DNA of 64,000 nucleotides from an uncultured Acidimicrobiales bacterium (GTDB lineage Bacteria; Actinomycetota; Acidimicrobiia; Acidimicrobiales; CADCTF01): NCBI GenBank assembly GCA_902805655.1, contig CADCTF010000059.1, positions 3,140 to 67,139 of the forward strand, read 5' to 3'. Shown piece by piece: positions 61,923 to 64,000 of this stretch (position 1 is its first letter; each line of letters starts with the position of its first letter). The notes under the pieces were generated by a model. It saw only the letters and a program-made list of their open reading frames with translations, ran no database searches and was not told where the DNA came from. The position numbers and the translations under genes were made by a program.

Positions 61923-63086
61923 TCAGCTCCGGGGACGGCCGGCGAGCGTGACGTCGATCGTCCGCTCGTCGCCGTCCCGCACGAGCTCCACCTCGACCAC
62001 GTCGCCCCGCTCGCTGCGGCGGAGCAAGCCGAGGAAGTCCTCCACGCTGCGCACCTCCTCGCCCCCGACGGCCGTCACGAGGTCGCCCGGCTCGATCCCC
62101 GCCTGGTCGGCGGGGCCGCCCTCGGGGACCTCGGCCACGAGCACGCCCTCCTGCTCCTCGAGGCCGAACTGGTCGGCGATCTGCGGGGTGAGCGGGGCCG
62201 GCGCCACGCCCATGTAGGCGAGGTCGACCTCCCCCGTCTCGAGCAGCTCCTCGACCGCGTGCAGCACGGTCGGCGAGGGGATGGCGAAGCCGAGGGACAC
62301 CGCCCCGGCTGCGGGCGGCAGGTAGGCGACGTTGATGCCGATCACCCGGCCGGCCCCGTCGACCAGCGCCCCGCCGGAGTTGCCTGGGGAGATGGCGGCG
62401 TCGGTCTGGATGAGGTCGACGAGGGCCTGGGTGCTCCGGGCCGAGCCGGGGATCCCCCGGTTGAGCGCAGAGACGATGCCCGCCGTGACGGTCTGCTCGA
62501 GGCCGAGCGGGCTCCCCATCGCGATCGCGAGCTCACCCACCCTGGGCAGCTCCTCGGAGAACGTGGCCGCAGGCAGGCCGTCGCGGTCGACCCGGAGCAC
62601 CGCCAGGTCGAGCAGCGGCGTCGCCGCCACGAGCTCGGCGTCGACCCGGGTGCCGTCGGCGAAGGCGACGGCGAGCTCGTCGGAGCCCTCGACGACGTGG
62701 GCGTTCGTGACGATGATCCCCTCCTCGGCGTACACCACCCCGCTGCCGAGACCGGAGTCGCCGAGCACCGTCACCACCGACGGCTCGACCTCCTCGACGA
62801 TGTCGGGGATGTCCGCCTGCCCGGTGGCCGGCCGCTCCTCGTCGGACCCGACGGTGGGTGCCGGCGCCTGCTCGTCGTCCCCGGCGTCGTCCCGGGCCGC
62901 CCCGGCGGTGGCCGCCTCCTCCGGCTGGGACCCGTCCTCGGCGGCCTGGTCGAGCAGCTCCTGGCCCTCGTCCCGGTCGCCGAGCTCGTCGAGCGCCGTC
63001 TCGCCGGCCGAGCAGCCGGCGGTGGCGAGGACGGCGACGATGCCGAGGAGGCGGAGGCGGCGGTTGGGCAGGGGGGTCGTGCGCAT
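61923..63086 (-). CDS. HtrA/DegP-type S1C serine protease lipoprotein with PDZ domain
   Basis: Lipobox LATAGCS. TNAHVV (His), D...LAVL (Asp), GNSGGAL (Ser). C-terminal PDZ-like GVLVAEVPEGGPADQAGIEPGDLVTAVGG. Confidence 0.85.
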   Translation of the reverse strand: MRTTPLPNRRLRLLGIVAVLATAGCSAGETALDELGDRDEGQELLDQAAEDGSQPEEAATAGAARDDAGDDEQAPAPTVGSDEERPATGQADIPDIVEEVEPSVVTVLGDSGLGSGVVYAEEGIIVTNAHVVEGSDELAVAFADGTRVDAELVAATPLLDLAVLRVDRDGLPAATFSEELPRVGELAIAMGSPLGLEQTVTAGIVSALNRGIPGSARSTQALVDLIQTDAAISPGNSGGALVDGAGRVIGINVAYLPPAAGAVSLGFAIPSPTVLHAVEELLETGEVDLAYMGVAPAPLTPQIADQFGLEEQEGVLVAEVPEGGPADQAGIEPGDLVTAVGGEEVRSVEDFLGLLRRSERGDVVEVELVRDGDERTIDVTLAGRPRS

Positions 63087-63262
63087 CGATCCTCCGGACG
63101 AGGGGAGCCGTGGTGCCGCCGCCCTACCCGACGGAGCGGCGCCCGAACGGGCGGGTGCCAGCGGGTGCGACCGCCGGGCGGTGCCGATCGGGCGTCGCCG
63201 GGTAGGGCGGCGGCACCTGGGGCGCGCCGCCGCGCAGCGCCCGAACCACCCCTGGAGGATGC

Positions 63263-64000
63263 ATGTCCGACGACCCGATCACGCCCGCCCCGTCCGAGGC
63301 AGTCCCGCCGTCGGAGGTGCCGGCCGTCGAGCCGGGCGCCGAGGGCGCCACCCCCGCCCCTGGGGTCGAGGCGTCCGAGGTCGAGGGCGCCGAGGTCGAG
63401 GCCACCGAGGTGGCGGTGCCCGTCGTGGAGGCGGCTCCCGCCCCTGCGCCCGCTGCGCCCACTGCGCCCGCTGCGCCCGCTGCCGGCGCCGCCCAGACGA
63501 GCATGGCTGCGCCGAGGGGCCTGACCTACGCCGTCGACATCGTGTTCTGCATCGACGTGACCGGGAGCATGACGCCGATCATCGACCAGGTGAAGGCGAA
63601 CGCGCTCCGCTTCTACGACGACGTCCAGACGAACCTGACGGCCAAGGGCAAGAACGTCGACCTCCTGCGGGTCAGGGTGCTCGCGTTCCGCGACTTCGCG
63701 GCCGACGGCGCCGCTGCGCTCCAGGAGTCCCCGTTCTACGAGCTCCCCGCCGACCGGGGCGGCTTCTCCGAGTTCGTGAACGGGCTCCAGGCCGAAGGCG
63801 GCGGCGATGCGCCGGAGTCGGGCCTCGAAGCCGTCGCCCTGGCCATCAACTCCGACTGGACCTCAGCCGGCGACCGCAGGCGACAGGTCGTCGTGGTGTG
63901 GACCGACCAGCCCGCCCACCCGCTCGACCCCGCCTCGCTCCCCGCCGACCTGTCCTCCCGCGTGCCGGGCGACTTCAGCGCGCTGACGGACCTCTGGGAG
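63263..64000 (+). CDS. von Willebrand factor type A (vWA) domain protein, 3' end cut by the window edge
   Basis: My own translation from ATG 63263 (GGAGGA upstream): an acidic/Pro-Ala N-terminus, then YAVDIVFCIDVTGSMTPIIDQVK (MIDAS DxTGS), ...GGGDAPESGLEAVALAI..., VVVVWTDQPAH. The frame is open to base 64000. Confidence 0.7.
   Translation, partial: MSDDPITPAPSEAVPPSEVPAVEPGAEGATPAPGVEASEVEGAEVEATEVAVPVVEAAPAPAPAAPTAPAAPAAGAAQTSMAAPRGLTYAVDIVFCIDVTGSMTPIIDQVKANALRFYDDVQTNLTAKGKNVDLLRVRVLAFRDFAADGAAALQESPFYELPADRGGFSEFVNGLQAEGGGDAPESGLEAVALAINSDWTSAGDRRRQVVVVWTDQPAHPLDPASLPADLSSRVPGDFSALTDLWE

Noticed and set aside
63400-63490. Short tandem GC-rich repeats (GCGCCCGCTGCGCCCACTGCGCCCGCTGCGCCCGCTGCC), with the ACC/ACG-rich run at about 6990-7060, as possible CRISPR or VNTR
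   Set aside because: Both lie inside coding frames and translate to Pro/Ala or Pro/Thr linkers. There is no spacer-repeat architecture. No CRISPR array is present in the window.

Overview
This is a high-GC (about 70%) chromosomal segment. Its gene content looks Actinomycetota-like: a mycothiol-type DinB enzyme, F420-type LLM and PPOX enzymes, a sigma-70 factor, fused SecDF and a lytic transglycosylase. All family calls come from reading the supplied translations for motifs. No database search was possible.

The dominant feature is a contractile injection system (CIS, phage-tail-like) locus of about 20 kb at roughly 9.1-29.7 kb, in two tightly coupled + strand operons. The first operon runs LuxR-type regulator, YkgJ-like Cys-cluster protein, DUF4255 tail terminator, AAA+ ATPase, DUF4157 zincin-like protein, then an 839-aa protein with a caspase/CHAT-like His-Cys pattern and an SH3b-like domain. 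The second operon runs sheath, tube, chaperone-like protein, small DUF6760-like ORF, Pro/Ala-rich tape-measure-like protein, second tube, LysM protein, VgrG-like spike, gp25, Baseplate_J, gpI-like protein, then a zinc-ribbon/TM/discoidin-like membrane protein. I recognised no PAAR gene and no tail-fibre gene. A 999-aa MalT-like NTPase with a C-terminal SARP/BTAD domain converges on the end of the locus.

Other notable items:
- an Fpg/Nei glycosylase gene interrupted by an in-frame TGA exactly at the first zinc-finger cysteine
- a tandem triplication of an orphan ABC substrate-binding-protein gene
- an exosortase-like protein (C-terminal extra domain possibly EpsI-like) sitting between a candidate C-terminal-anchor substrate and a processive GT2
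- one tRNA-Gly(GCC)

The rest is ordinary metabolism and housekeeping. Many long alternative-frame ORFs in the track are high-GC artefacts.
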